Positions 47,277 to 58,357 of a stretch of DNA of 64,000 nt are shown here, one piece after another. The stretch's first letter is position 1, and each line of letters opens with the position of its first letter. The position numbers and the translations under genes were made by a program. The notes under the pieces are model-generated. The model did not search any database and was not told the origin of the DNA. It worked only from the letters and a program-made list of their open reading frames with translations. This stretch comes from an uncultured Gammaproteobacteria bacterium (GTDB taxonomy: Bacteria > Pseudomonadota > Gammaproteobacteria > Chromatiales > Chromatiaceae), in the NCBI GenBank assembly GCA_963714915.1, contig CAVQQM010000008.1:23066-87065 (forward strand). The letters are read 5' to 3'.

Positions 47277-48192
47277 CTACTGTCCGCCGCCCAGCTCGTG
47301 GACGTAGACCACCAGCTTCTTGATCTCCTGCGGATCGAGCTTGGCGTCCCCGCCGCGAGAGATGTCGGGACCGAAGACCGGCATCACCGCGTCGCGTGTC
47401 TCGGCGATCCCGGGCTGATTCACCCCATACAGGATCGTGTGCTTGGCGCTTTCGTAGCCGCCGGGCTCGAAGCGCCAGATCCCGTCCGTGAGATTGGCGG
47501 CACCGACAGTGACCACGTCACCGTTGGGCAGCTCGGCAAGGATGCCGTTGCCCTTCTCGCCATGGCACGCCGTGCAACCCTTGGCCTTGTAGAGTGCCCA
47601 ACCGTCCTCGCTACCGCCGGCGCCTTGCGTCTCGGCCATCTGTACGACCCAGTTGGAGAGGGTATCGACCTCTGCTTCGGAGAGGATGTCCTTGTGGGCG
47701 GTCATGGCGCCCTTGCGTCCATTGGCGATACTCTCCATGAGCTTCGCCGTGCTTCCCCCATAGAGCCAATCGTCGTCTGCCAGCACTGGGAAGCCGGGGT
47801 TACCCTGGCCGCCGCTGCCGTGGCAGGCGGAGCAATAATCGCCGAACAAGACCTTCGCCGAGGCCAGGGTGTACTGGGTCAAGCCCGGGTCCTGGAGGAT
47901 CTGATCGGGCGTCATGGCCGCGATCTGCTCCTCGAATTGGGCGCGCTTGGCCTGCACCTGCTCCAGGCCCTCCTGGTACTCCTTCATCTGGCTCCACCCC
48001 AGCACGCCCTGGGTCGGCTGCTGACCGACCGGCCACATGGGGTAGAGGATCGCGTAACCGACCCACCAGGCCACCGATGCCCAGAACGCCAGCATCCACC
48101 ACCGGGGCGGCGGGATTCTTCAGCTCCCGCAGGTCGTCATCCCAGATGTGCCCGGTGTTGTTTTCACGCGGGAAGGGGTTATTTTCCGCCAT
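47277..48192 (-). CDS. ccoP: cbb3-type oxidase subunit III, frameshifted near 48112-48114
   Basis: N-terminus NTGHIWDDDLRELKNP is in one frame; PPRWW...CSACH...CTACH is in another; removing one C joins them. Confidence 0.88.
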
Positions 48193-48394
48193 CTTTGTCA
48201 CCGTTGTGTTCGTTGTCGTCCTCGAACGGGATGTGCTTCATCTGTTCGAGCTTGTCCCGGTTCTTAGGACGAAAGACCTGGAAGTACGCCACCACCATGG
48301 CGAGGAAGATGACGACCGTTAGGATCGTTCCGATCCAGTCATTGGTCGTCATCGCCCCCCAATCCGTGTGGAGGTGCTCGGCGAGGCTACTCAC
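48179..48394 (-). CDS. ccoQ: cbb3-type oxidase subunit CcoQ
   Basis: Single [18 protein letters not shown]; lies between ccoO and ccoP. Confidence 0.88.
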   Translation of the reverse strand: MSSLAEHLHTDWGAMTTNDWIGTILTVVIFLAMVVAYFQVFRPKNRDKLEQMKHIPFEDDNEHNGDKDGGK

Positions 48395-49139
48395 GGTAGG
48401 CCTTGTTCTCGTCGAGCGTGGCCATGGTGCCGAGGACCTGGAGATAGGTCACGAGGGCGTCCATCTCGGTCTTGCCTTCCACCAGGGCAGGCGCGGCTTC
48501 GATATCGGCATCCGAATAGGGCACCCCGATAGTCTGCATGCCTCGCATGTGGCGCTGCATCTTGGCGCCGTCCACATAGGCGTCATCCAGCCACGGATAG
48601 TTCGGCATCACCGACTCAGGGACGACCGAACGGGGCGCACGCAGGTGCTGGCGCTGCCATTCGTCGGAGTACTTGCCGCCCAGGCGAGCCAGGTCGGGCC
48701 CGGTGCGCTTGGAGCCCCACTGGAAGGGGTGGTCGAACATGGACTCGGAGGCCAGGGAGTAGTGGCCGTAGCGCTCCTTCTCGTCGCGGAATGGCCGCAC
48801 CATCTGAGAGTGGCAGGTATAACAGCCCTCGCGCTGGTAGATGTCGCGGCCCGCGAGCTCGAGGGCCGTGTAGGGGCGCACCCCGTCACCTGCCTTCCAG
48901 TTCCAGGCCTGCTTGCCCGAGTCGTCCACGGTGACGATGGGCACCGACCCAGGCTTGTCATGATTCCAGACGAGCTCGGGGTATTTGTTGTGTTCCATGG
49001 TGTTCTTCATGAAGAACAGGGGCACGATCTCCACCAGACCGCCCACCGACAGGGCGAGCGCCAGGACCGGAAGCAGGACCCAAATGTTGACTTCCATCCG
49101 CTCCTGGAAGTTCTTCGGCTTGACGTTGCGATCAGCCAT
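48387..49139 (-). CDS. ccoO: cbb3-type oxidase subunit II
   Basis: [33 protein letters not shown]. Confidence 0.96.
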   Translation of the reverse strand: MADRNVKPKNFQERMEVNIWVLLPVLALALSVGGLVEIVPLFFMKNTMEHNKYPELVWNHDKPGSVPIVTVDDSGKQAWNWKAGDGVRPYTALELAGRDIYQREGCYTCHSQMVRPFRDEKERYGHYSLASESMFDHPFQWGSKRTGPDLARLGGKYSDEWQRQHLRAPRSVVPESVMPNYPWLDDAYVDGAKMQRHMRGMQTIGVPYSDADIEAAPALVEGKTEMDALVTYLQVLGTMATLDENKAYRE

Positions 49140-49157
49140 TTCTAATTACCTCCAGGA

Positions 49158-50591
49158 TCAGGCCGCGGCCGGCAGGGTGCGCGCCTTCGCCAGGCTGCCC
49201 GAGGAGACAGACTTGCGAACGGTCATCAGCACGTTGAAGAGCATCACGATGGCGCCGAAAAGGAAGATCGCCCCGCCGATGGCGCGCATGGCGTAGTACG
49301 GGTGCATGGCGTCGACGGACTCGACGAAGGTGTAGGCCAGGGTGCCGTACTCGTCATAGGCGCGCCACATCAGGCCCTGCATGATCCCGGACACCCACAT
49401 CGCCACGATGTAGATCACAGTGCCGATCGTGGCGGTCCAGAAGTGGAAATTGACCAGCTTCTCCGAGAACATCTCGGTGTGATAGAGACGCGTCATCAGG
49501 TGGTAGATGGCGCCGATGGAGATTCCGGCCACCCAGCCCAGGGCCCCGGAGTGCACGTGGCCCACGGTCCAGTCGGTATAGTGGGACAGGGCGTTGACGG
49601 TCTTCAGCGACATGACCGGTCCCTCGAAGGTGGACATGGCGTAGAAGGCCAGGGCGATGATCAGGAAGCGCAGGACATAGTCGGTGCGCAGGCGGTCCCA
49701 GGCACCGGACAGGGTCATCATGCCGTTCACGGCGCCGCCCCAGGACGGGATGATCATGGCGATGGAGACGGCGGCACCGAGGGAGCCGGTCCAGTCGGGG
49801 AGCGCGGTGTACTGGAGATGATGGGCGCCGAGCCATACGTAGCCAAACATCAGGGCCCAGAAGTGGATGACCGACAGGCGATAAGAATACACGGGACGGC
49901 CCGCCTGCTTGGGCACGAAGTAGTACATGATCCCGAGGAACCCGGCGGTCAGGTAGAAGCCCACCGCGTTGTGTCCCCACCACCACTGGATCATTGCATC
50001 CTGGACGCCCGAGAAGACTGAATAGGACTTGAAAAGCCCGACCGGGATCGCCAGGCTGTTGACCACGTGCAGATAGACGATCATCACCATCATGCCGAGG
50101 AAGAACCAGTTCGACACATAGATGTGCGAGGACTTCCGGTTGGCGATGGTCATGATGAAATTGAAGGTGAAGGCGAGCCAGACGATGGCGATCAGGATGT
50201 CGACCGGCCACTCGAGCTCCGCGTACTCCTTGGCCTGGGTGAAGCCCAGGGGCAGGGTGATGACCGCCAGCACGATGATGGCGTTCCAGCCCCAGAAGAC
50301 GAACCAGGCGAGTTTGTCGCTCCACAGTCGTACACCGCATGTGCGCTGGACGGTGTAGAAGGCGGCCGCCATCAGGGTACAGCCGCCGAAGGCGAAGATG
50401 ACCGCATTGGTATGGACCGGACGCAGGCGACCGAACGAGAGGTACGGGCTATCGAAGTTGAGCCACGGCCAAGCCAACTCCGAGGCGATGTAGACACCGA
50501 CGAAGGCCCCTACCACGAGGTAGACGACGGCCATGACGGTGAACCAGCGTACAACGTCGAAGTTGTACTTCTGTTCCAGTCCGGATTCCAT
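49158..50591 (-). CDS. ccoN: cbb3-type oxidase subunit I
   Basis: [43 protein letters not shown]. Confidence 0.97.
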   Translation of the reverse strand: MESGLEQKYNFDVVRWFTVMAVVYLVVGAFVGVYIASELAWPWLNFDSPYLSFGRLRPVHTNAVIFAFGGCTLMAAAFYTVQRTCGVRLWSDKLAWFVFWGWNAIIVLAVITLPLGFTQAKEYAELEWPVDILIAIVWLAFTFNFIMTIANRKSSHIYVSNWFFLGMMVMIVYLHVVNSLAIPVGLFKSYSVFSGVQDAMIQWWWGHNAVGFYLTAGFLGIMYYFVPKQAGRPVYSYRLSVIHFWALMFGYVWLGAHHLQYTALPDWTGSLGAAVSIAMIIPSWGGAVNGMMTLSGAWDRLRTDYVLRFLIIALAFYAMSTFEGPVMSLKTVNALSHYTDWTVGHVHSGALGWVAGISIGAIYHLMTRLYHTEMFSEKLVNFHFWTATIGTVIYIVAMWVSGIMQGLMWRAYDEYGTLAYTFVESVDAMHPYYAMRAIGGAIFLFGAIVMLFNVLMTVRKSVSSGSLAKARTLPAAA

Positions 50592-50765
50592 AAACCCTCC
50601 CGGGAAATCAGGAAAATGACGCGGGGAAAGTGGCAAGTCCAGCCATATCGTTGTTCGCCTTCGTCCCTGGTGCGCAGCGTCCGCAATGACACTGGATCGG
50701 CCCTTGAAAGTCAATATTGACGGGGGGATGTGGCGCGATCCCCAGGGGATTTCCCTCGCTTTTCC

Positions 50766-50779
50766 TTGATCTGGATCAG
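50766..50779. promoter_or_regulatory. FNR/FnrL-type box upstream of ccoN
   Basis: TTGAT-CTGG-ATCAG, 9/10 match to TTGAT-N4-ATCAA; expected regulator of cbb3 operons. Confidence 0.7.
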
Positions 50780-50926
50780 GCGGCTGGACCCGGGTTTCCA
50801 GTGGATTTCCGGATACCACGGGCGGTCGAAAGGGACGGAGCACCGAGGGGCCCCAAAGTCGAGGGGCAGACGGACGAGGCCACCGAGGGAGGTTTGGCGT
50901 GAGGTCCGGCTGGACCCCACGAGGCA

Positions 50927-51976
50927 TCACTTGAAGAAGGAATCCACCGAGAAGCCCTCCCGCTCGAGGATGTCGCGCAGGCGACGTAGGGCGTCCATCT
51001 GGATCTGACGCACCCGTTCCCGGGTAACCCCCAACTCCTGGGCCACGGTCTCGAGGGTGGAATGCTCGTACCCGTGTAGTCCGAAGCGGCGCTCTACCAC
51101 CTCGCGCTGTTTGTCGTTGAGCTTGCCGAGCCAGTGGTCCAGGTTCGATTGGATATCGGCGTCCTGGATACGGTCGGTGGGGTCGTCGGCGGTCTCGTCC
51201 TGGAGCATGTCCACCAGCGGCTTGTCCGCGTCCTTGCTGTAGGGGGTGTCCACCGAGGCGATGCGCTCGTTGAGGCCCAGCATGCGCTTGACCTCGCCGA
51301 TCGGCTTGTCCAGCACCTGGGCGATGTCCTCGCTGGTGGGCTCGTGGTCGAGGCTCTGGGCGAGCTTGCGCGCCGCCTTGAGATAGACGTTGATCTCCTT
51401 GACCACGTGGATGGGCAGGCGAACGGTGCGCGTCTGGTTCATGATCGCGCGCTCGATGGTCTGGCGGATCCACCAGGTCGCATAGGTCGAGAAGCGGAAA
51501 CCGCGCTCCGGGTCGAACTTCTCCACCGCCCGGATCAACCCCAGGTTGCCCTCCTCGATCAGGTCCAGCAGGGGCAGGCCGCGGTTGAGATAGCGCCGGG
51601 CGATCTTCACCACCAGACGCAGGTTGCTCACGATCATCCGCTGGCGTGCGGCGTTGTCGCCCTTCTGCGCCAGCCTGGAGAAATGGACCTCCTCCTCCGC
51701 GGTGAGCAGGCGCGACTCCCCGATCTCGTTGAGATAGATGCGGGTCGCGTCGAAATCGCCCTCGCCGGATAGGAACCGCTCGGGGACCGCATCCGACTCC
51801 TTGCCGTCGACGGGTTGGCGGGCTTCCCCGGCGGGGTCCAGATCCTCGCCGTCATCCGTATCCGGGGCCAAGATCTCCTCGGAGTCCTCGGCGAGCAACT
51901 GCAACGACTCGCTGTCGGCGTCCACATCGACGCCGGCCCCGGGTTCGGTGGTATCGGGGTCATCTCGTGCAGACAT
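50927..51976 (-). CDS. rpoS: RNA polymerase sigma factor RpoS
   Basis: [55 protein letters not shown]; downstream of nlpD. Confidence 0.95.
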   Translation of the reverse strand: MSARDDPDTTEPGAGVDVDADSESLQLLAEDSEEILAPDTDDGEDLDPAGEARQPVDGKESDAVPERFLSGEGDFDATRIYLNEIGESRLLTAEEEVHFSRLAQKGDNAARQRMIVSNLRLVVKIARRYLNRGLPLLDLIEEGNLGLIRAVEKFDPERGFRFSTYATWWIRQTIERAIMNQTRTVRLPIHVVKEINVYLKAARKLAQSLDHEPTSEDIAQVLDKPIGEVKRMLGLNERIASVDTPYSKDADKPLVDMLQDETADDPTDRIQDADIQSNLDHWLGKLNDKQREVVERRFGLHGYEHSTLETVAQELGVTRERVRQIQMDALRRLRDILEREGFSVDSFFK

Positions 51977-52173
51977 CCACATCTCCCTCCGCATTGGATG
52001 GCGGGGTCCTAGCAGCCTGTCCGAGCGAGGATGAATCGGCTGCGTCAGCGGGAGTACGTTCCATCTCGGCCCGGATGCCCATCGCTTCCCAGACGAAACG
52101 CGCCTCGAATCCCGGCCCGACTGGCCCCGCCCTCCATCCCCTCGCGGGGATCCCCCCAAAGTCCGTCAGGCTG

Positions 52174-53004
52174 CTAGCGCGGGGGCAGATAGAGGATCGG
52201 ATCGACCGCGACGCCGTCGCGGCGCACCTCGAAGTGCAGGAGATGGGCCCCGCCTGGACCCTGACCGCACTCGGCTACCGTCTGCCCCCGTTTGATGCCG
52301 TCACCCTCACGAGCGAACAGCCGACGGTTGAAGCCGTACGCGCTGAGATACTTGTCGTTGTGCCGCACGATGATAAGGTTGCCATAACCCTTGAGTCCAC
52401 TGCCGCTGTAGACCACGCTTCCGGGCGCCGTCGTCCGCACGGCCTCGCCCGCGCGACACCCGAGACGGATCCCCTGGCGGGTTCGGTCGGCGGCCCTAAA
52501 GCCCTGTTTTAGCGGCCCATTCAGTGGCCACTCCCAGTTCACCCCGGAGGCCGCCCGGCGACTTCCCGGCACCACGGGCTCGGGCCTGGCCGGTCGGCTC
52601 GCGACCGCGGCGGGGGTCTTGGCGCGGGTCGCCGGCGCACCGCTTGGGCCCGCCTTGGAGCCCCGCGACTGGGAGCGGGACCTCGGGCGCGCGGACACCA
52701 CGGCGGCTCCGTCCGGCGGCTCGACCCGCAACATACGTCCGGCGTAGATGGTGTAAGGAGGCGAGATGCCGTTCCAGCGGGCAAGGGTCCGCAGACTGAC
52801 CCGGTGCTTGACCGCGATCTCGCTCAGGGTGTCACCGTCGCGGATCTTGTAGTAGCCATCCGGGACCGACGAGCAGCCGAACAAACCGATCCCGAGGATC
52901 AGGGCGACCCAAGTGACTAGGGCGGCAAGCCGCGCTGCACGTTGGAGGCACAGGGTGCGTGGAGGATGGCCGGCTGCTGACTTGCGCGGGGTGCCGTCCG
53001 GCAT
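52174..53004 (-). CDS. nlpD: LysM/M23 lipoprotein NlpD
   Basis: Lipobox LFGC, LysM GDTLSEIA, GYGNLIIVRH, LHFEVR. Confidence 0.88.
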   Translation of the reverse strand: MPDGTPRKSAAGHPPRTLCLQRAARLAALVTWVALILGIGLFGCSSVPDGYYKIRDGDTLSEIAVKHRVSLRTLARWNGISPPYTIYAGRMLRVEPPDGAAVVSARPRSRSQSRGSKAGPSGAPATRAKTPAAVASRPARPEPVVPGSRRAASGVNWEWPLNGPLKQGFRAADRTRQGIRLGCRAGEAVRTTAPGSVVYSGSGLKGYGNLIIVRHNDKYLSAYGFNRRLFAREGDGIKRGQTVAECGQGPGGAHLLHFEVRRDGVAVDPILYLPPR

Positions 53005-53028
53005 CGGTGTGGATGGAACGCCGGGCGT

Positions 53029-53616
53029 TCAGCCGCGCAGCCCATGGATCAGCACCACCGCCACCACGAGCAGCACCATGATCCAGCCGATACGATCCAC
53101 ATAACGTCGCAGGGTCGCCTCCATGCGCTCCCCGCCCCAGGCCATGAGGGCCGCGACCAGGAAGAAGCGCGCGCCGCGTCCCACCGCCGAGGCAACCACG
53201 AAGGGCAGCAGGGCCATGGACAGGACCCCCGCGGTGATGGTGAAGATCTTGTATGGAATGGGCGAGAAACCGGCCAGGAATACCGCCCAGATCCCCCACT
53301 GGTCGAACCAGACCTTGGACTTGAGAAAGACCTCGTGGTAACGGCCACCCTCCCCCACCAGGGGCTGGACCAGATCGAAGGCGAACACGCCGATGGCATA
53401 ACCCAGGAGCCCCCCCAACACCGAGGCCACAGTGGTGAGGGCCGCCAGCGACCAGCTCCGCTTCGGGTTGGCCATGCTCATCGGTGCGAGCATCACGTCC
53501 GGCGGGATCGGGAAGAAGGACGACTCCGCGAAGCTCAGGCCAGCGAGGTAGTAAGGCGCGTGGCGATGGCGGGACCACGACATGACCCGTTCGTAGAGTG
53601 GAGAGAAGATCTGCAT
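53029..53616 (-). CDS. yqaA: YqaA/DedA family membrane protein
   Basis: SFAESSFFPIPPD, FSPIPYKIF, GRGARFF. Confidence 0.9.
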   Translation of the reverse strand: MQIFSPLYERVMSWSRHRHAPYYLAGLSFAESSFFPIPPDVMLAPMSMANPKRSWSLAALTTVASVLGGLLGYAIGVFAFDLVQPLVGEGGRYHEVFLKSKVWFDQWGIWAVFLAGFSPIPYKIFTITAGVLSMALLPFVVASAVGRGARFFLVAALMAWGGERMEATLRRYVDRIGWIMVLLVVAVVLIHGLRG

Positions 53617-54278
53617 CAGGAGATGCCTCCAAGCAAGGGGACGAAGGTCGCCGACTCCAGCACCTCCTGGGTGAAGCCCTCCTCACCCCGGGTCACCCGG
53701 ATCAGCCGCTGGCGCTCGCCCTCACCGGTGGGCAGCACCATGCAGCCGCCGGGCGCGAGCTGGGCGGCGAGTGCCCGGGGCACCCCGCGCGGCGCGGCGG
53801 TGACCAGGATCCCGTCGTAGGGGGCGTACTCGGGCCAGCCGGCATGACCGTCCGCGTGCCGATAACGTACGTTGCGCAGCTTGAGCGCCGCGAGTCTACC
53901 CCGCGCCCGCTCCTGGAGATCCGCGATCCGCTCGACCGTGTAGACCCGCCGGACCACGGAAGCAAGGACCGCGGTCTGGTAGCCCGAGCCGGTGCCGATC
54001 TCGAGGACCGCGATCCCGGGCGAGCACTCGAGCAGGGCCTGGGTCATGCGCGCCACGGTATAGGGCTGGGAGATGGTCTGCCCATGGCCGATCGGCAGGG
54101 CGGAATCCTCGTAGGCGCGGCTCGCCAGGGCCTCGTCCACGAATAGATGGCGCGGGACCTCGCGCATCGCCCGCAGGACCCCGGCGTGGGTGATCCCGGC
54201 GTCGGCCACGCGCTGCACCAGCCGGTCGCGGGTGCGCGCCGAGGTCATCCCGATGCCCCGTCGGTTCTGATCGCTCAT
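53616..54278 (-). CDS. pcm: Protein-L-isoaspartate O-methyltransferase
   Basis: [36 protein letters not shown]. Confidence 0.95.
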   Translation of the reverse strand: MSDQNRRGIGMTSARTRDRLVQRVADAGITHAGVLRAMREVPRHLFVDEALASRAYEDSALPIGHGQTISQPYTVARMTQALLECSPGIAVLEIGTGSGYQTAVLASVVRRVYTVERIADLQERARGRLAALKLRNVRYRHADGHAGWPEYAPYDGILVTAAPRGVPRALAAQLAPGGCMVLPTGEGERQRLIRVTRGEEGFTQEVLESATFVPLLGGIS

Positions 54279-55027
54279 GTGCAACATCTGGACAGCCAAT
54301 CCCCGAGCCCCTCCAGTGCGGCGTGCCGGGTCAGATCCACCTGCAGCGGGGTGATGGAGACATAGCCATGCCGCAAGGCATGGAAGTCGGTGCCTGGACC
54401 GGCGTCCTGTTCGGGCCCGGCCGGGCCGACCCAGTAGATGGTCCGCCCGCGGGGATCGGTGGAGGACACCACGGGCTCCGCCTTGTGACGATGACCGAGC
54501 CGGGTGGCGCTGAATCCCTTGATCTGGTGGAGGGGCAGGTCGGGAACGTTGACGTTCAGGATGGTGCTCGACTCGAGCGGCTCGCTGACCAGCCGCTCTA
54601 CCAGCCGCACCGCCACCTGGGCCGCGGTCTCAAGATGACGGGGCTCGAAGGTCGCCATGGAGATGGCGATGGCGGGCAGCCCGAGGAAGCGCCCCTCGGT
54701 GGCCGCGGCCACGGTGCCTGAATAGAGCACGTCGTCCCCCAGATTGGGGCCGTGATTGATACCGGCGACCACCAGATCGGGCTCATCGTCTAGGAGTCCG
54801 GTGATGGCCAGATGCACGCAATCGGTCGGGGTCCCGTCCACCCGGATGAAGCCGTTCTCGGCTCGCCGCGCGCGCAGGGGCACGTCCAGGGTGAGTGAGT
54901 TGCTGGCGCCGCTGCGGTCCCGTTCGGGGGCAACGACCGCCACCTCCGCGATGGTCGAGAGCGCGGAGACCAGCGCGATCAGTCCGGGGGATTGGTAACC
55001 GTCGTCGTTACTGACAAGGATCTTCAT
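54275..55027 (-). CDS. surE: 5'/3'-nucleotidase SurE
   Basis: [32 protein letters not shown]. Confidence 0.96.
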   Translation of the reverse strand: MKILVSNDDGYQSPGLIALVSALSTIAEVAVVAPERDRSGASNSLTLDVPLRARRAENGFIRVDGTPTDCVHLAITGLLDDEPDLVVAGINHGPNLGDDVLYSGTVAAATEGRFLGLPAIAISMATFEPRHLETAAQVAVRLVERLVSEPLESSTILNVNVPDLPLHQIKGFSATRLGHRHKAEPVVSSTDPRGRTIYWVGPAGPEQDAGPGTDFHALRHGYVSITPLQVDLTRHAALEGLGDWLSRCCT

Positions 55028-55199
55028 GGGTCTGACCGGGTGTGGGCACCCGGCGAACGGGGGCGCCGCGATCATACTGAAAAGCCCGGCCCCCGACACC
55101 CCGCGCTGGCTCGAGATCAGGCCCAGCGGCAAAGGGATCGCGGACGGGTATACTCCCGGCCCGAGGCTGCCGCGGTCACGCACAGAGCCACGACTATAC

Positions 55200-55754
55200 A
55201 TGAAGAAACAAATCCAACAAGCTGATTTGGTATTGTTTCGCGAGCATGTGAAGGACGCGGAGCCGATCCAGCACGACCGGGCAGAGGCCTATCGCAAACG
55301 CCCTCCACCCATCCCCCGGCCCCGCGAGCCGGAGCTGCCGGAGGACGACCAGCGGGCCCGGCTGTCCGAGGCCGAGGTCGAGACCCATGAGTTTCTCGAG
55401 TTCGCCCGCCCCGGGGTCCAGCGACGGGTGGTCTCCGAGCTCCAGCGCGGGGCCATGGAGGTCCAGCTCGAGGTCGATCTGCACGGGCTCACAGTGGAGC
55501 TGGCCCGCCGGACCCTCGATGCCTTCCTCGCCGAATGCGCCCACCGGCGCGTGCGCTGCGCCCGCATCATCCACGGCAAGGGATCCAGCACCTCGGGGCG
55601 TCCGCCCGTGCTCAAGCAGAAGGTGAATTATTGGCTGCGGCTCTACGATCAGGTGCTCGCCTTCTGCTCCGCTACCCGGCGCGACGGCGGTACGGGCGCC
55701 GTCTATGTCCTGCTACGCAACCCCAACAAGGCGCGCCGCCAGCAGTCCCCCTGA
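55200..55754 (+). CDS. Smr/MutS2 domain protein
   Basis: [22 protein letters not shown]. Confidence 0.92.
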   Translation: MKKQIQQADLVLFREHVKDAEPIQHDRAEAYRKRPPPIPRPREPELPEDDQRARLSEAEVETHEFLEFARPGVQRRVVSELQRGAMEVQLEVDLHGLTVELARRTLDAFLAECAHRRVRCARIIHGKGSSTSGRPPVLKQKVNYWLRLYDQVLAFCSATRRDGGTGAVYVLLRNPNKARRQQSP

Positions 55755-55802
55755 GCTGAGCCCGCGCCGCGCACGGCCGCTCAGACCGAACAAGGAGCCC
55801 AG

Positions 55803-56861
55803 ATGCACAGACTCCCCGCCGAATGGGAGCCCCAGAGCGGCGTCATGCTCACCTGGCCCCATGACGCCACCGATTGGGCGGATCAGTTGGACGGCGTCGA
55901 TCGCCTGTGGTCCGAGCTGACCGCCGCCATCACGCGCTTCGAGCCCGTGCTGATCGTCTGTCGCGACCCGAATCATCGAGGCCGCATCGAGACCCTCACC
56001 CGGGCGGCGGGGGCCGATCCCGCCCGGGTGCATCTCGCGATCGCCCCCAGCGACGACAGCTGGGCGCGCGACCACGGCCCCATCACGGTCCTGGATCCCG
56101 CCGGGCGCCCGCGCCTGCTCGACTTCCGGTTCAACGGGTGGGGCGAGAAGTTCGCGGCCGCGCGCGACGACGCACTCACCGGCGCCCTTCACCGCGCGGG
56201 CGCCTTCGGCGAGACGCCGCCCGAGTCCGTCGACCTGGTGGTGGAGGGCGGCGCCATCGAGAGCGACGGCCGGGGGACCCTGCTCGCCGTCGCGCGCACG
56301 CTGGTAGATCCGTCCCGCAACCCCGGGCTCGATCGCGCCGCCCTGGAGGCGCGCCTCGGCGACCTGCTGGGCGTGGACCGTTTCCTGTGGCTCGAGCACG
56401 GCCAGATCAGCGGGGACGACACCGACGGCCACATCGATACCCTGGCCCGATTCACCGACCCGGAGACCCTGTGCTACGCCCGCTGCGAGGACCTGGACGA
56501 CCCGGACCATGGGCCCCTCGCCGCCATGGAGGCCGAGCTGCGCGCCCTGCGCACGCGCGACGGCGCGCCCTATCGGCTGGTGCCCCTGCCATCCCCAGCC
56601 CCGCAGACGGACGCGGAGGGTCGCCGGCTACCCGCGGGCTATGCCAATTTCCTGATCATCAACGGGGCGGTGCTGGTGCCGACCTACGCCGATCCGGCCG
56701 ACCCGAAGGCCCTGGCCGTCATCGCCGGGCTGTTTCCGGATCGGGAGGTCCTGGGGATCGATTGCCGTAGGCTGATCCGCCAATCCGGCAGCCTGCACTG
56801 CGTCACCATGCAGCTCCCCGCCGGCGTCCTGCCGGTCTCATCCCGCAACGAAGCACCATGA
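55803..56861 (+). CDS. aguA: Agmatine deiminase family protein
   Basis: PAEWEPQ, DSWARDHGP, EGGAIESDG, DTDGHID, GSLHCVT. Confidence 0.9.
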   Translation: MHRLPAEWEPQSGVMLTWPHDATDWADQLDGVDRLWSELTAAITRFEPVLIVCRDPNHRGRIETLTRAAGADPARVHLAIAPSDDSWARDHGPITVLDPAGRPRLLDFRFNGWGEKFAAARDDALTGALHRAGAFGETPPESVDLVVEGGAIESDGRGTLLAVARTLVDPSRNPGLDRAALEARLGDLLGVDRFLWLEHGQISGDDTDGHIDTLARFTDPETLCYARCEDLDDPDHGPLAAMEAELRALRTRDGAPYRLVPLPSPAPQTDAEGRRLPAGYANFLIINGAVLVPTYADPADPKALAVIAGLFPDREVLGIDCRRLIRQSGSLHCVTMQLPAGVLPVSSRNEAP

Positions 56862-57748
56862 GCCACACGACCCTCAAGCTCGCCCTGGTCCAGCACGCGG
56901 ATCAGGGCAGCCCCGCCGCCAACCTCGACCTGATCGAGGGGCAGATCCGCGCCGCCGCGTCCCAGGGCGCACGCCTGATCCTGTTGCAGGAGCTCCACAA
57001 CGGGGCCTATTTCTGCCAGACAGAGGATCCGGACCGCTTCGATCTGGCCGAGCCCGTGCCGGGCCCGAGCAGCCGGAGACTCGGGGAGCTGGCCCGGGCG
57101 CTCGGGCTGGTGATCGTCGCCTCGCTGTTCGAGCGCCGCGCGGCCGGGCTCTATCACAACACGGCGGTGGTGTTCGATGCCGACGGCTCCCTGGCCGGGA
57201 CCTACCGCAAGATGCACATCCCGGACGATCCCGGCTATTACGAAAAGTACTATTTCACCCCGGGGGATCTCGGGTTCGAGCCCATCGACACCGCGGTGGG
57301 GCGGCTCGGCGTCCTGGTGTGCTGGGACCAGTGGTACCCCGAGGCGGCGCGTCTGATGACGCTGGCGGGCGCCGAGCTGCTCCTCTACCCCACCGCGATC
57401 GGCTGGGCCCCCGAGGAGCCCGCCGAGGAGCAGGCACGCCAGCTCGAGGCCTGGATCACCATCCAGCGCGGTCACGCGATCGCCAACGGGGTGCCGCTGG
57501 CCGCCTGCAACCGGGTCGGCGCCGAGGCCGACCCCAGCGGGGCCAGCCAGGGCGCGCGCTTCTGGGGCCGGTCGTTCGTGTGCGGTCCCCAGGGGGAGAT
57601 CCTGGCCCAAGCGGGCGACGGCGCGGAGGTCTTGATGGCCGAGCTGGACCTGACGCGCTGCGAATGGGTGCGGCGGCGCTGGCCCTTCCTGCGCGACCGG
57701 CGCATCGACGCCTATGGGGATCTCAGCCGGCGTTTCCGGGACCGCTGA
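56858..57748 (+). CDS. aguB: N-carbamoylputrescine amidase (carbon-nitrogen hydrolase)
   Basis: LQELH, YRKMHIPDDPGYYEKYYF, VCWDQWYPE; coupled to aguA. Confidence 0.9.
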   Translation: MSHTTLKLALVQHADQGSPAANLDLIEGQIRAAASQGARLILLQELHNGAYFCQTEDPDRFDLAEPVPGPSSRRLGELARALGLVIVASLFERRAAGLYHNTAVVFDADGSLAGTYRKMHIPDDPGYYEKYYFTPGDLGFEPIDTAVGRLGVLVCWDQWYPEAARLMTLAGAELLLYPTAIGWAPEEPAEEQARQLEAWITIQRGHAIANGVPLAACNRVGAEADPSGASQGARFWGRSFVCGPQGEILAQAGDGAEVLMAELDLTRCEWVRRRWPFLRDRRIDAYGDLSRRFRDR

Positions 57749-57805
57749 CCGCGCCTATCCGGCCCAGATGGTGATCGACCTCGGCCCGGGCCGGGAATCT
57801 CGCCG

Positions 57806-58204
57806 TCAACGCCCGCTTGCCTCACTCGCGCAGGGATAGAGCCGGGCCAGGATCGCCGCCACCGCGTCCGCGGCGGGGCCGCTCGGGTCCACACCCGCTC
57901 GTAACCCGGCGAGCACCTTGTCGCGGGTGGCGTCGATGGACTCGGACGCGGGCACGCACCAGGGCACGGATCCGCTCCCAGGATCACGGAGCTTGCAGGC
58001 ACAGGGCACCGCGTACCACTCGCAGGCCGCGCCCTCGGGTCCCTGGAACCCCGAGGCCGCCGCGCGATCGCACAGGGCCAGAAGATCGGCGACCCTGAGG
58101 TCTTCCGCCGCGACCGTGCCGCCAAGGGCCCAGAGAACGATCACCAGCATCCCGGCCCATGGCGCGGAGATGGTGCTTCGAAACGGCATGGGTCTGGTGC
58201 TCAT
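57806..58204 (-). CDS. Exported Cys-rich protein, Rap1a/Tai immunity-like
   Basis: Signal peptide; LLALC, ACEWY, WCVP and ILARLYPC follow the Rap1a family pattern. Confidence 0.6.
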   Translation of the reverse strand: MSTRPMPFRSTISAPWAGMLVIVLWALGGTVAAEDLRVADLLALCDRAAASGFQGPEGAACEWYAVPCACKLRDPGSGSVPWCVPASESIDATRDKVLAGLRAGVDPSGPAADAVAAILARLYPCASEASGR

Positions 58205-58357
58205 GGGCCCCATCTTGCCCGTCCGGGCCGGGCCTCGGCAATCGGCACTCGACCAAGACCGACTCATGCCACCGCCGAGCTTGCCCCGGCCCCGTCCTCG
58301 CCGCCATGAACGGCTGTGAGACAATCGCCACCCCAGATCCGCCGCCGCTCCGCCACG

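Noticed and set aside
50710-50721. Perfect palindrome GTCAATATTGAC upstream of ccoN
   Set aside because: The sequence is real but I cannot assign a regulator. It may simply be part of the core promoter.
50592-51473. Apparent 294-aa N-terminal extension of CcoN (ORF 49158..51473)
   Set aside because: It overlaps rpoS in another frame and crosses the FNR-box promoter. The real start is ATG 50591 with a GGGAGG RBS.
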